NCBI GenBank assembly: GCA_050575255.1
Contig: JBNZDD010013723.1
Location: 5,706,440 to 5,770,439 of the forward strand
Direction of reading: 5' to 3'
DNA from: Harriotta raleighana
Taxonomy: Eukaryota
DNA: 64,000 bases
Part shown: piece after piece, positions 34,433-49,035 of the stretch
How the letters are laid out: each line of letters opens with the position of its first letter
Numbering within the stretch: the stretch's first letter is position 1
Program-made: the position numbers and the translations under genes
Notes under the pieces: model-generated
The model's input: the letters and a program-made list of their open reading frames with translations, nothing else
Database searches by the model: none
What the model was told of the DNA's origin: nothing

Positions 34433-37400
34433 TGCAGTACCCGTATTGAAACATTTCTAGTTTCAATGTATAGGCTCCCTAACTGACAAGCAGTCTTTTG
34501 GCAGAATCAAACACATCTGGTGTATACTATGAGAAAGTTACAAGAACAAGCCTGTAATATAGAATTTTTTCAGATTAAGTGTTCATATTAATTCGCTGCT
34601 AAATTCCATAGGAAACAATCATTGGCCTGTGACTCACTTAGCTTCCATTCTGAAAGCACATGTCACACAGTAATTAAAGGTAGTGCTTATGTCTTGGCAG
34701 AGTAAGTGATGTCATGACAGATTACTTCATTCACAACCGGGAAGCATGGAGACAAACAGAGGTCTGTTCTTGTTACTCTGCTGAAATCTCAGGAGTTCAA
34801 AAAAAAAAGCAACAAAATTCATAAATAATTGACGAAAATCAGAGAGGGTGATTTGACCCTCAGTAATTTTACTACAACTATAACAACAACTTGCATAAAT
34901 ATTGCGCCTTTCATGCAGAATAGATTCTCAGTGTACTTGAACTGTCCACTTTAGCACCAACTGAACACAGAAAGGATACCTTTGGTGATGTTACTGTTGC
35001 TCCACATTTCTCAATAGGTTTAACTCCAAAGTAAGTGCAATATTCAATTTCACAGCAGCTTGAATACAACAACAACAAGAACTGCAATTTATATAGCGTC
35101 CTCCACGCCGGATGGCTTCTCAGAATAAGAGGACACATTCTGAAAATCAGGTTGCTCTCTTTCAAAGTCAGCTACCTGAGGTAGAAGGGTGGTGTGTAGT
35201 TTTGCTTGAAACAACCCACTACACTTTATACTGATAAATAATCATTACCTTTGAAACAGCATGCTATGTTATCGCAACGTCTCAAAGCACTTCACAGATT
35301 TTACTGTAAGTCTAGTGACTGTATATGTGTGACCTCTTTGAACGCACCATTGGCTACTTTTCCCTTCCCCACCCACAGCCGGCGGTCATGGTCTTTGAGA
35401 TTTCCTCTGGAGGTGAAAGATGCTATAAATGTAAATTGTATTATATTGTGTAGTTGTTGGGACTACCCTGCAGCTAATTTGCACCCAGCAAAGGCCCATT
35501 AACAGGCATTAAGTAAATGATCAATTTTAGTGGGGGATTGTTAACCAGGATAAATCAGTTCAAAAAAAGTCTATCGTCCTTTGTGGAATTAAAAGACTCC
35601 ACTTAGCAATATTTGGGGTAAATTACACTGATTTTAATTCACTGTAATTTGATGATCCTTTAAATTATTTGTGCCTCCAATCTAAGAAAGCAATTCTAAC
35701 CAGGATTTATTGTAATAGTGTACATCAATTTCAGCCCCAAAGAAAATTCTAGTTATGTTTTTTATCGGACTGGACTGAATTAATTTGATTGAAGATTTTC
35801 CCAGGCTATGTTGAATGTCTGAAAATGTTACAGTACCATACGATTCATTGACTGGCACCGAGCTAACATAAATTAGTACAAAGTCTCAACAAAAGTCTCA
35901 TCAAGGTGGCTGACATGTCACAAGTTGTTATTCCACCATGCTGAAGGTAGAGTCGAATATCTGATGGAAAATCTTAGGCTGGGAACACCAGCTGCTGAAG
36001 GCATTATCTGGCTTAAAATGAGTGTTTGGATGTTAGTGATGGCCTCCTATTAATTACAGTGTGATACAAAAGGATATCTTCAGACATAGTTGAGTGGTCC
36101 ATTGAACACAACAAATGTGTTAGCATTGCCTTGATACCTTTAATATTCTGATGAACACTTATGTAAACACAGCAATTTTTCTCCCCTTCCTGCTCTCCTG
36201 AAGGGATAAGATTATTTTTCTTTCTTCTCATGAATTGAGATTCCATAGGCACCCAAGTGGCCATTATTCATGCGGAGGCAACTTGGTGGAGCCTGCTCCT
36301 GTCTTCGCCTGATGTTCACACTTCTTTTAGCAGGAATTTCTAGATGTTGATCAGTGCAGGGAATTCACCCCACCCCCCCATTAAGTAAAGTGCAGAGGCC
36401 AATTGCACGGCTTTTAATGCTGTCCCAGCTGAGATCTGCTTAATATGGCAAGAACAGGATTTAATAAGGTTCTGAAATCTTCTAACCCATATACTCTACT
36501 GCTGCACAGTGTTTAGCTATAAAGGTATGGGAGTGAAGCAAATATGCTAATTTTAATAGAGAATCTCAATGGTTATGTTTTCTTCCAAGATTTTAAATAA
36601 AGGACTTGGGAGTTAAGATCTAACAACATTGCAATCATTTTTACCTTCTATCTATTCAGGTCCAACTTGTCACAAAATGCTTCAATTTTCACTTTCATAT
36701 CATGTTTCCTTTTTTATCTTTTAAGATTTTAATCTGTGGCATCTGCAGCATCGCTTGTATGGGTGTTTCCCCTCAGAAATGGTAAATTTGTGGCTTAAAA
36801 TTGCCTGTGGAAGTTATCTAGTAATTGAATGTTTTACAGTGTAGAGGTTCATTATGTTAATGGAGGCATACCATATAATCTAAGCCACAATCCAAATAAC
36901 TCTTTGTTGCATAGAAAGGCACATACGTAAATGTAAATCTATACAGAATTTGGGATAATTAAGTTCTTCATTCTGTAAGCAATTCATTATACTTTGGGGA
37001 TGTACATTACAATGTGAAATCCAAAATATGTATACTTGATTAATCGTTTCTATTTTTTCCTTAGTTTAATGTGTGCACTTTCATCCAATTACTGTGATCA
37101 AGAGCAGTTCCACCCACAAGAGCAGTTGATGGAAGACCACTGTTTTAAACTGATAGATTTTAGTTGTGTGTTCAATCCAACACAGTATGGAGCAGGGAAG
37201 GAATTATGATGCCATTCATAGTGCTGAAATCTGTTAGCCTTAGCCTCAGGGGAATGGGGATCAACCCTAGGAGGTAAATGAGGTTAGGGAACATCCATTA
37301 TTCAATTTCACAGCAGCTTAAGCGAGGGTACATTTATTCAAACTCAGTTCCTCGAGGTGAAAGAATAGTGTGGCTAAACAAGGCACTATCTGTCAAATTC

Positions 37401-37837
37401 CACCTCCGCACTCGGGTATTATAGACTAAGTGGCCAATTCTCCTGCCACAATGATTAAGTTGAGTTACTGATAATTTTTGCTGCAGGACAGTTTCTAGTT
37501 CAGGAATTCAACCTGTACTCAGCTATTTAACCTTAGTCGCTCACCTTTAATTTGGTAGTGACAATTCCTGGCTTGTTCCTATCAATTGGTTTAAATCATT
37601 GATTTGACAAGTGCAGTTCAGTGTGTCGTGGTGGCCATTCCTTTAAGCATTTAAGATCAGCACTTTTGTGAACTCTTAAATTCAGAACAGTTTTGTTAGT
37701 ATTGGATTGTATTTAAAAATCATTCAGTCCTCTATTCGTATTTAGAAGTTTCTGTACAAATATAGAAATCTTGACAGTGGCTGCGGTTTAGTCACATTCA
37801 ACTGTAGCTAAACTGTAATTAAATTATGGACCTATTC

Positions 37838-38361
37838 ATAGAATCATAGAATTTTACGCCACAAAAGGAGGCCATTCGGCCCATCTAGTCTGTGCCAGCA
37901 TTTTAAAAAGAGCAACTCAATCCCACTTTCTCCCAGCTTTCTCCCCATTTCTCCCCTAACAGACCCGTTCCCACTAAATAAAGATCTAATTCTCTTTTAA
38001 AAGCTGTTACCGAATCGGCCTCCACCACCTTTTCAGGCAATGTATTCCAGATTCGAACAACCCGCTGAGTGAACAAATTTCTCCTCAGCTTCCCTCTGCT
38101 TCGTTTTGAAACTATTTTAAATCTGTGACCATGAGTCACAGATTCGCCCACCAGTGGAAACAGTTTTTCCTTATTCATCCTGTCGAATTCCCTCATGATT
38201 TTATAACTCTCTATTAGGTCTCCACTCAATCCTCTCTGTTCCAAAGAGAATGAACCTAACCTATCTAGCCTTTCCCCATAACTGAAGTCCTTCAATCCTG
38301 GTACCATTCTAGTAAACCTTCTTTGCATCCTTTCCAATGCTGTAACATCCTTTCTATAGTG
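37838..38361 (-). mobile_element. CR1 LINE 3' end (ORF2 C-terminus, 3' UTR, (ATTCTATG)n tail)
   Basis: RKDVTALERMQRRFTRMVPGLKDFSYGERLDRLGSFSLEQRGLSGDLIESYKIM...FTQRVVRIWNTLPEKVVEA. Confidence 0.92.
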
Positions 38362-38399
38362 GATGTTAAGGTATCGATGAGACCTTGGTTTCAAGCTAC

Positions 38400-38595
38400 T
38401 TGGTGGGATGAACAGATGAGACCTTGGTTTAATGTCTCATCCAAAGAATGATACCTCCAACAATGCTACACATCCCCAGCACTGTACTGGAGGGTCAGCC
38501 TAGACTATGTGAGTTCCAGATCCCACCATGTAGCTTGAACCCACAACCTTCTGGTACAGAACGGACCATGCTACCAACTGAGCCAGGCTGACACA
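38400..38595 (-). mobile_element. Ancient DeuSINE 5' fragment
   Basis: Reverse of head ...cagcctggctcagttggtagc...cagaaggttgtgggttcaag...tctaggctgacc.tccagtacagtgctg. Confidence 0.65.
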
Positions 38596-38837
38596 GACAA
38601 TGTTTAAGAAGCTTGCCCCACCGGTCAATGTGTTTAATTCCCTCACCCACACTGTCCATTCCACCAACAGTCTGCATTGAAACTCCTTTGCAATGGTATA
38701 GAATCTACAAACTCCAAAATAATTCATTCAGCCCAATTAACCCATGTGGGACTTGTATGTCATTACTTGGACATCTGAAATGTGGAATTGCACTTGAAAG
38801 CAGGTGTCAACTTTTAAATATTGACAAGGCGTGGAGA

Positions 38838-39186
38838 TAATAATAATAATAATATTAATCCATGCATTTCATATAGCACTATCATGTCTTCAAGGCACCT
38901 CAAAGCGCTTCACAGAATATATTGTAAAGTGAATCGACTGTGTATTTTGTGGGCAAAACGTGGCTGCCAATTGCCACAGCAATGTCCCACAAACAGTTGT
39001 GGATTGAAGTTACCAATTTTTAAAAAGTAATTATTACCCCTAGAAAAGCGATCCGCCAATCTATCAACAACCTGGTTCCCACATACTGCTAGCTAACCAG
39101 AGGCATGCGGAGTAAGGAAACTTGCCCAATATTTTGTGCTGTTGGGAATTGAACCCAGGTCTCTTGCTTGCGAGGTGAGTACTCTC
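38838..39186 (-). mobile_element. tRNA/Deu SINE, long form
   Basis: Extra segment ttacccctagaaaagcgatccgccaatctatcaacaacctggttccc...actgctagctaaccagaggc. Confidence 0.85.
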
Positions 39187-42100
39187 GAGGTGAGAGATGA
39201 GCAGCTATGAAACAGTTAGATACCAAGAGAGAGAAAACAACTAAATTAATACCCAGCTATAATGTAGGAGTCTATTTTTAGATAAAGTACTTTGGACGGA
39301 ATGTTCTCCTGTTGTTTATCCTGCAATTCCATTTCACGTGGCTAGTCTAAATATAATGCAAGTTTGTTTTTTCTATTTCCTCTCATTGCTCTCGTAAACA
39401 TACATGATTAGCACACTTCAGAATAACCCAGTAACGTCATTTAAATACTCTGATGCTATTCTGGTTTATTCAGCACTGGCTTTGTACAGAACCTTGGTAT
39501 AATATACATGCATCAAGTGAGCTTATATCAATGCAGGTTGTTGTTGTAGCAGTAAACAGACCCTGTTGGAAAACATGTTTATTTTTGGACGATAGAAGCA
39601 TGGTGTAAAGTAGAAATTGCATCATGGTCTAAAGTAGAAATGTGAGCTGATGTAACACAAATACCATTCTGCAATGATTTGGTTTCATTTTACGAATAAG
39701 AATCCAACAAATTGGCTTCAAACAGTTGGGTCAATGTGGTTAAATATTCACAGTGCACTGGCCTCAAACACTTTTTCTGGTAACCATTCCAGTCGCAAAT
39801 TATCCTCTGGGGAAATAATACTTCCTTTCTATCCTGAAATTCCCTCAGCAGTTCTAAACTCATGTATTGTCTGTTTGTGTATGTACCGGTTTCTTTGGCT
39901 GATATAGGTGCTTGAGCTCCCTCCTCCATATTTCAAAGGATCTGAGTGCTTTGAAAGAAAATTGGCAGTAAAATCACTAATACTAATATTAACCTGCCTG
40001 AAGGTTTTATAATCCATACTGTTAGAGTGGAATATAGTGTACATTAATATGTTTTGTTAGCATACGCAGAAACCCATCATCTATTGCAAGGATTAAGATT
40101 ATTATCACTTTATCAGTTCATCGGGATGTCTCCAAATGCTTCACAGGATAAACTGTAAACTGTATTTTGTGGGTGAAACGTGGCAGCCAGTTTGCACAAG
40201 TGTCCCACAAACAGCCCTGGAGTCAGGGACCAATTTTATTTGGGCGATTGTTGACCAGGACACCAGAATAAACTCCCCTCTCTTTTCGAATACTGCCATG
40301 GGAACTCTAACATCCACCTGAACTGGTAGACTAGACTTTGGTTTAGCTTCTCAGTCAGAATAAGAACCAATATATACAAGTCTTAGAATCTGTAGAATAC
40401 TAGCATGTTTCCAACAGAACTCTGGGCGAAATCCAAATCAGGATGACTATGGAGAACACTGCGTATGCTAAAATATACCACAGCCTGACTGAGTAGAACA
40501 GGTGTTTGTTTCATTTTGTCAAGGAGCCAACCCCACCACATAGTTCCTCTCACTGCCGAAAACTTTGGTCCAATTTTATATTGTCTGATGCCGCATTGTA
40601 ACATTAACTTCAGTTCGCATATACAATCCACAGTCACTTTGTAACATAGATAAGGTCATCAATAATTAGTAGCGCTGGATGATTATAGAGAGCATTGACC
40701 CACAATATCCCATTGAATTCTAGGCCAATTACTTTAAAGAGACAATATTTATTTTGCAAATTTGCCTACTTCACATTGCTGAAGACAAGACTTACAACAA
40801 ACAGCCTAATATTCTCACTCACCAAAAACTTCTTCTATTAGGAGTTATGCTGTCACTACAGAACTTGCCTGTACCAGATTTTCTCACTCTGTCGCTAGCT
40901 GTCTGCCTCTTTTTCTGTCTGACTTTCTAACACTTTCTCTCTCCCTTTGACCTTCTCCCTCTCCAACTTTCTTTCTCCCTCTTTGATTGAATTGTTCTCT
41001 CCCTGTCTGTTCGCCTCTGGCTGAATCTTTTTAGTAATCAAAGAAAATGTTTCCGAGGTCGTGGTTAAAGTGGATGAAATATGCTGTGGATAATCATCAT
41101 CCGCTAATCCCAGTTTGTATGAAGAAAAAGGAGAATGTGGCGACTTCCATTTCAATCATGTGAATTACATTAGTGACACTTAATCGGTAGTGTGGGAAAA
41201 GCATCTGCCCACCAGCATAGACTAATAAACTACAGCTGTGCAAATGAAACTGCCTCCACAACAGAAACAAAATTGCTCCGAAATTCTATTTTCATATGCG
41301 TCTTATTTGTTATACCTTCAAGCATAAAACGGGTGCATTTTTCAATCTCTTTCCCACCCCCCACCCACCAGTGTTAGTTAGGGATTAGCCTTATTAATAA
41401 ATGAATATTCAGACCGTAACTCTTGCTTCTCTCAGTTTTCTGCTATAATATATTTCTTGTGTAAAACTAGCTTAATCTAGTTTAGGTATGTCTTAGTAAA
41501 TAGCCAAATAAATCAGTACATAGACTTTGATGCAAATCCTCATTATGTGAAAGCTTTCCCCAAGCCTTTACGGAAACCTCCATAGAAATCAGACTGTGCT
41601 CTTTATAGATCCATATTCAATGAAACCAATTTTTTTGTGTAATACTTTAGACAGTCTGTAGCAACAACAACAACAAATTACATTTTCGGGTCGGGAGAAT
41701 GTTTTGAGGCGCTCGACAGTCAGGAATTTGGACCCCAGTTGGAGCTGGAATCAGGAGGCTTGGGAGGCAGGGATGGGAACGTGAACAAAGGTACAATCGA
41801 AGAGGAGGGTCTTGAAATGGGCCTTAAAGGAGGCGAGGGAGGGAGCAGAGCAAAAGAACTGTAGGATGGTTCCAAGCGATGGAGGCAGGGAGGCTGAAGA
41901 AAGCTGAAGATAAACAACAACAAAATTACATTTATAGAGCGCCTTTTATATCGGGAGGACGTCCTACATCCTATATATAGATATAAAATCTATATTTTTA
42001 AAAATGATCCGATATTCAATTAACCAAATTTCACTGTTGTGAGTGTAAACAGAATGTGTCTCCCAATCTCTCGCCTGTGCAAAGATGAATAGCTAAACTT

Positions 42101-42194
42101 TATTGGTGCAATTATTCTGCCTGCTCTATAGATGTGGAGCAGGTGTGTTTAAAACTGACTCACTACAGAGAAACCATATTCTAACATGATCGAC

Positions 42195-43470
42195 TTGATC
42201 CATCTGGGACCAGGGCTACATCTGCCTCCTCGTCCTTCTCGACCTCTCTGCTGCCTTTGATGGCATGAACCACTCATTCCTCGTCCACCGACTCTCACCT
42301 CAACTTTCAAGGTTCTGTCCTTGACTGGTCCAAGTCCTACCTCTCACACCGACTCCACTTTGTCTCCATTAACGTTTATTTTTTCAGCCCCCCGCACAGT
42401 CTTGTGCAGTGTTCCTCAGGGCTCTGTCCTTGCTTCTTCTTCAATCTCTACATGTTCCCCCTTGGTGGCATCATCCGCGGTCATGGGGTAGATTTCCACA
42501 TGTACATGGATGATACCCAAATCTGTCTCTCTGCCTCCACCCTCAATTCCATGATTACTGGCGTCCTGATATACTGCCTGTCAGACATCAAGTCCTGGAT
42601 GAGAAACAACTATCTAGAGCTGAACTTCAGCAAAACCAAAGTCCTCCTGTTTGGCTCGCACCAGCGCCTCTGCACCTCAGTCACTGGCAGCATCAGCATC
42701 CACGGATGCACACTCCACCTAACCAAGCCAGTCAGGAACCTGGGTATCTGGTTTGACCTTAAGCTGTCTTTTCACCCCCATATCCATACCATGACTAGCA
42801 CCCCTTTCCACCTCCTGCACAACATCGCCCTTCTCACCCACTGCCTCACCCCTCAGGTCGCTGAAACCCTTACACACGCATTTGTCACCTCAAGGCTTGA
42901 CTATGGCAACTCCCTCCATGTCGGCCACCCAACTCTTCCCTCCACAATCTGCAGATCATTCACAAATCTCTGCACTCAGGTCCTCTCCTGCACCAAGCTC
43001 TGCAACCCTATCACCATCGCCTGGCCATTGGCTCCCCACTCCTCAGAGGGTTGAATTCAAGACCGCATCTTCACTTTCAAGCCCCTCCACGGCCTTGCCC
43101 TCGCCTACCTCTCTGACCTGCTGACCTCCTATCAACCTGTCCCCTTTCCCTCCATTCAGAAGGCTCTGCTCCATGTCTCCAGGTTGACCCGCCTTATCAT
43201 TGGTGGCCAGACTTTCAGCCTCTCTACTCCTGTGCTTTGGAACTCCATCCCACAATCCCTTTGCCTTCCTCCCTCCCTTGTCTCCTTCAAGATCAGTCTC
43301 AAGATCCTCCTCTTCGACTGTGTCTTCAGTCTCCCTCCTACCTTTTGCCTTCCCTCATGCTATCCCTGCCTGCATTCCCCCCATACTCAGGCTCTGAACC
43401 CTGATTGTTTCAGCTCCTTGGGAACATCCTCCTGATGTGAAAAGTGCCTACAAATGCAGTTTGTTGTTGT
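42195..43470 (+). mobile_element. L2 LINE fragment (RT C-terminal half to 3' end), decayed
   Basis: LLDLSAAFD, HMYMDDTQI, LSDIKSWMRNNYLELNFSKT, VRNLGIWFD, HAFVTSRLDYGNS; terminus cttgggaacatcctcctgatgtgaaaagtgcc...ttgttgttg. Confidence 0.9.
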
Positions 43471-43888
43471 GTCTGACCGATGTCTGACCAAATCTGTGAT
43501 AAAAATGGACGAAAAAAAGTTCATTTCAAGCTCGTCAGATCACCACTGACGTCACCTCACAAAGGAAGTGTCATCAGCGAAACATCCCTTTGCGGCCTAT
43601 ATAGTTTCCATCACTGGGGAATTCTGTCACCTTTGCCTGATATCGATTACGGTTTGAACAACATTAGCTCGTATTTACCTTCCCCAACTGATGCTGGAAT
43701 ACTTCTAGGAAAACACTCAAGGTCAGTTCGACTGAACAGAAGTTACAAACATGTACTTAGCAATAACGCTAAGTGAAGATAATAATAATATTTACATTTG
43801 ATATGACTTTATTACATTAAAATGTTTCAAAATGTTTCCTTTAAATAGTGTTTTGAAGTGTGGTGGTCAGAATTATAGACAACTAACC

Positions 43889-44201
43889 ACTGTGGCTCAG
43901 TGGTTAGAGCACTCGTCTTACAAGCGTGAGACCTGTGTTCGAATTCAGGTAAATCAGGGCAAAACCATGGGCAAGTTTCCTTCTTCCACATGCCTAATAA
44001 TAATCCACCCCAAAAAAAACACAATAATAAAAATTGGTCATTTTCAATCCACGACTGTTTGTGGGACACTGCTGTGCACAATTGGTTGCTGCGTTTTGCC
44101 CACAAATATACAATCAATTCACTTTACAATATATTCTGTGAAGCGCTTTGAGACATCGATAAGATGTGAAAAGCGCTATATCAAATGCAATGATTATTAT
44201 T
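43889..44201 (+). mobile_element. tRNA/Deu SINE, near full-length young short form
   Basis: ctgtggctcagtggttagagc...gttcgaattc...gcgctatatcaaatgcaatgattattat. Confidence 0.92.
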
Positions 44202-46484
44202 AAATATAATATAGCTAAACTGCTACACACAGCAAAATCCCACAAGCAACAATGAGATGAACAACTAAATGAAAGATGGTTTGGGGGGAATTGGATAAGG
44301 GTGGAATATTAGCCAAAACATTGGAGAAATTCCTGTTCTATTTCAAAATGTCAAAGATTCCTTAACATCCACCTGAACACGCAGACAGCATCTCCTGATC
44401 TGAAGCACTGATGTCCCAGCTGGTTTAAGTCACTGCACTTTAGTATGCAATAACAACAACAAATAAAATTACATTTCTAGAGCACCTTTCAAGTCGGAAG
44501 GATGTCCTAAGGCACTGGGACAATATATCCTGTGAAGTGCTTTGAGAAATCTCCTCGATCTGAAAGACACTACTGTATGTTAAATGTAAGTTATATTGTG
44601 CTGAACAGAAGTTGCAAGTGAGCTCGTACTAATTTCATGTTCTATAATGTTATATAGAGGTTTGATTCAGTTCATTAGAAGGTTGGTCTTGTCAAACGGG
44701 AGCCAAGCTTGTTGAACTTGTTGCTTAGGGAACTTTCCCACATCAGCAAATGCTTTAGATATGGGATTAAAATTCAGAACAGTGATGATTGCAATTCCAA
44801 ACTATACATTTCGACAAGATAAAATCAAGAGAGCGAGCCACAATACTTGTATCAAGCAGGACTTTGACAATTATCAGCTACATGTAACGTCAGTCATGTG
44901 TATAAAGAGATAAAATCACAACTGATCCTGAGATGCATCTCCTTCTCCCTTAGACATCAGCTATCGAGGGACTGGAGCGTGACTGTGAAAGACTTGCTGG
45001 ATGTAGATGAAACATAAAAAAATGCCACAATCCCAGGCCTCAGGCAGGAAACAAACACAACATCACAGTGAGAGCATCACACCCAGAAACAGCAAACTCC
45101 ACAGCAACCCCAGCTCAAAGGAATGAATAGAGAGGTGAATTAATGTGAAGGAGGTTATATTCACATGTAAAGAAAGGGTGTGGGGAGGGTGGGGGAGAGA
45201 GGTGGGAATCCTGTTTTTCAGAGGCAAATTTCTAAGTTGTACTTTAAACAAAACTCTTTGTTAGAAGTTGTTGCTTCAAAGCAATAGATATCACAAGCAA
45301 ACATAGCACAGACAATTTGTAAGAGACGATGTGCAATGCAAGGCAGCAAGCGGTGAATAAAGTGAAATCAAGATAGTGGTAAACTGATGCCAATACAGAT
45401 GCAGTTTTTTTGTCCAGATCAGATGTTGACTACATGAATGCTGTTGGCTAAATTGACCAGACTCAAGCACTCCTATAAAATCAATGAGTCTCGGGGACAA
45501 GTTTGCACTTCAATAAAAATTCCTACAATGAAATGAACCAATATGAATGATAAACCAGCAAACATTGAGATTTTCCCATATGGATTATTGCACATGGATT
45601 GAGTATCGCTTTCTCAATTATAGAGAAATCAAGAACTAACTGCAAAAAATGTAAAACTAAAGACATAAAAAGCACATCAGTATTCCATAAGATAAAAATG
45701 GGAAAATAAATTGCTGTTAAGGAGAAGCATTAGACAGGACCTGAGTTGGGACTGGGTCAAAAGTACAAGAATAAAACACAGACACAATTTCCATTGTCAA
45801 AAAATAACTAATGAACACACAGATTTCTTCAATAACACAGATAATCTCAGAGGCTCAGGGTGAAATTTAACCTAATTTTACAAAATTTGTAAAAATGTAA
45901 TTGGCTGTACAACCAGATGGGAGATTTTCAGTTCATTCTCAAAATAAGCTTAAAATAGTGTTTGTCACTTGAACAGAATGCGTTCACTTGCGTTTCACAA
46001 ACAAGGATGTTTTAAGAGATGCAAGTCATCATTAACTGGATGAATCTAGGAATATGATATACAGTATCCAGATACACTATATGTTTGATGGAGACAGCTG
46101 ATGAATGGTCAGGAGCAGATCCGTTTACATAATATAAGAGATTTTATTTGCGATCAGAGAATTCAGATAATGTTCTCAGGAAATTATCCGCATGCTGTAC
46201 ATTCTGTAATTTTAGGTTTGTAAGTTTTGTTTGAAAATCCCTCTGTCAATGAAGAAATCTCAATTGATCCCAAAACAACAGTGATAGCAAAAGGCTTTGG
46301 GACTGCAGACTTCAAGCCAAGCCCTGGGACATCTCAACATCAACAGGGTTTGTTTGGTTTGCTGGAGTTGGCCGCTGAGCCCCTAGCTTGATCTGGTGAA
46401 CAATCCCTCACTGCCATGTTTCTAACGGTACCATAGTTTTGATGTGTTTTTAGATGGGTTGTGTGAGTGGCTTGCATGTTTCAT

Positions 46485-46890
46485 TCACATTCAAAGCCCT
46501 CCATGACCTCACCCCACCCTACATCTGCGACCTCCTAACCCTCTACCAACATGCCCGCCCCTTTGCTCTGCAGGCTCCGGCCTGCTCCACATCCCCCGAT
46601 CCACCGCCCCACCTTTGGCAGGTGAGCCATCAGCCATTCTGCCCCCAATCTCTGGAACTCCATCCTGCAGTCCCTTCGCCTCACCCCCTCCCTAGCCTCC
46701 TTCAAGTCCCATCACAAGATCTTCCTTTTCGACGGCCCCATCGATCATCCCAAATTCCCCCTTTCCCTCTACCCTCCCCGTCCCCAACCCCAACTTGCAT
46801 CTGAAATAATGACTGTCCAGCGCCTTGGGACGTCCTCCTGACGTGAAAGGCACTATACAAGTGTAATTTTGTTTTTTGTTGTCGTTGTTG
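46485..46890 (+). mobile_element. L2 LINE 3' fragment
   Basis: TFKALHDLTPPYICDLL...; terminus cagcgccttgggacgtcctcctgacgtgaaaggcactatacaagtgtaattttg. Confidence 0.85.
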
Positions 46891-48544
46891 TCTCAGGGTC
46901 TCAGTGTTTAGTTCCTGATCCAATCGATCGCAGTGAAATAAAGCTCACATTCTGAAAACCACCTTTATGACAACCTCACAACCCTGAGAACCAGACAGGG
47001 ATCAAATCTCCCACGAGAATACTGGTGTCACTTTGGGATTCTCATTTCGCTTGTCTTATCAAATTCTATTTGCGTTCCCTCAAACAATAGGCCAAATCCT
47101 GTTTCTTAGGGAGATTATTGGAATACTTCCTTGCCAGTGAATAAGTCAATTTAAGCTTTCCGTTTGCTCAAGAGATTCAACAGTCAGAAGTCGTGAGGAA
47201 TCTCACATGGTCTTTCTGTTAATTTCTGCAATCAATTTACTGGTAGAATATTTCACACCTGCAAAATCAGACCATATGTTATATCCAGCACATCTATTTA
47301 AATGGAGGAACTGTCTACAACTTAACTACAAGTGAGAAAAATACTCAATTGATTTGAGTACAAAATATGAGCACTTTATAGCCATCACCTAAATCTCGAG
47401 GTTGCATGACTAAAGATTAGCTTTACTTTATCTCCAGTGATGAATTATCTCTTTCTGGTACAGAGCAAAGTTTCTTTGACAATCTTGCACAATGCAGTTC
47501 CTTTTATGTGGCATCTAAAGCAAATGTTTCTTTTGTGGTTTGGCGATCCCCATTTTAGTCAGGCTCATTCACAGAGAATTACAGTAAAGCTCACTGCCTT
47601 CTGTGCACAGAAACCCCACATAATACCAGCCTACCTTAAGAGATAAATGTAAGGCAGATAATAAAGCCAATCATTAAAAATCTGAGCAACTTAAACTTTT
47701 GAGGCAAATTATGTTGTAGGTTCAAATGGTTGATGCTGGTTTAAATGGGTTAACTAGAATTGTTTTAATATAAAGAGAGAGCTAAATACACTCTGTTCCT
47801 TTCAGTTCAGTGACTTCCCACATAGCGGAAGAATGAACTGCAATACCTGAACTTAATGTTAAACACAAGTCTATTCCTAAACTTGGGAGTATTTTTAACG
47901 GACATCAGAATATAGCTTCTTCTCAGGGTTTCCTCTATTAATGCTTCAAAATACCATTTGAAGGAGACTTAGTTGAATATTTCAGCGAAAAAAAGGTCAA
48001 CTGAAAGATGCTGTAAAAATAATTACTGAAATAAATCTGGAACTCACTTCCTCAAACCCTTCACCTCACTCACTCTTTTCTCATTTTCAGGTCACGGCTG
48101 AAGTCCTTCCGCACCGTTTTGACCACACTTTTGGTCACCTTTATCCCCCTCCCCATGGCTCGGCCCCGAGATCCAATATTGTGAGGCGCTCTGAGACACC
48201 GTCCGGCGTAGAGAGCGCTATATGAATCCAAGTTGCTGTTGTTGTTGAAATAACGACATGAACAAGTGAATCTGTTCATGTCAACTGCACTGTAATCCAT
48301 TCACAAAACATACATGAACACACACATACAATAAATAACTCCCTCCCTCCCCTCCACTCCCCAAAATAGCCCAAACAAGTAGTCGGTGAGAAGATAAAAT
48401 GAAGATAAATGAACAGGCAGTGTCTCTGGAGCTGAGAGTTGTGGAGACACATGGACAGAATGGAATGAGTAGCGTGTCAGTTCCATCCTAAACGGGTGAT
48501 GACAAATAACCTAAGTCCAGTACCAGTCTGTCATATCTTTAATA

Positions 48545-49035
48545 CAGTAAAAGCCCATTTATCCGTGACTCGATGAAACAGAACATCCATATATCCGGCA
48601 TGTAAAAAAAAAATCCCCATTCGATAAACTGGATGGTGCATTTAATGGTGCATTTAATGAATCAATTGTCGCACGAGAGTACTGTACAGGTATTTCAGCT
48701 TGCTGCTAGTAGGGCCTGAAAGTCAGGCAAAAAAAAAGAAAGTTGCGCTGCTATTTTTTTCCCTCGCATGGCGGCAGCCATTGCAGAAGTTGCCGATAGA
48801 TTGCCCACCTCTACGCCCAGCATCATGGCATCAAACCAGGTTTGTTTAAGTATAAATAATACTCATAAAATATTCTGTTATTATGTTATTATTTAGTCTA
48901 TTATTAATATGGAATGTGTTAAAATATTTTTTTTTGTGTTGGGTTTTCGGCGTCGGATCCGACCATTTAACCGGCAAGCCGTTTAACCGGCATTGGCCAG
49001 GTCCCATTGGGTGCTGGATAAACAGGCATTTACTG
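48545..49035. mobile_element. Tc1/mariner-type MITE
   Basis: TIRs cagtaaaagcccatttatcc / ggataaacaggcatttactg; subterminal homology with 10036-10791. Confidence 0.8.

Noticed and set aside
43832-44203. Recurrent ORFs ending ...SIHFTVYSVKRFETS...[12 protein letters not shown], suggesting a small-protein family
   Set aside because: Chance reading frames of the SINE consensus
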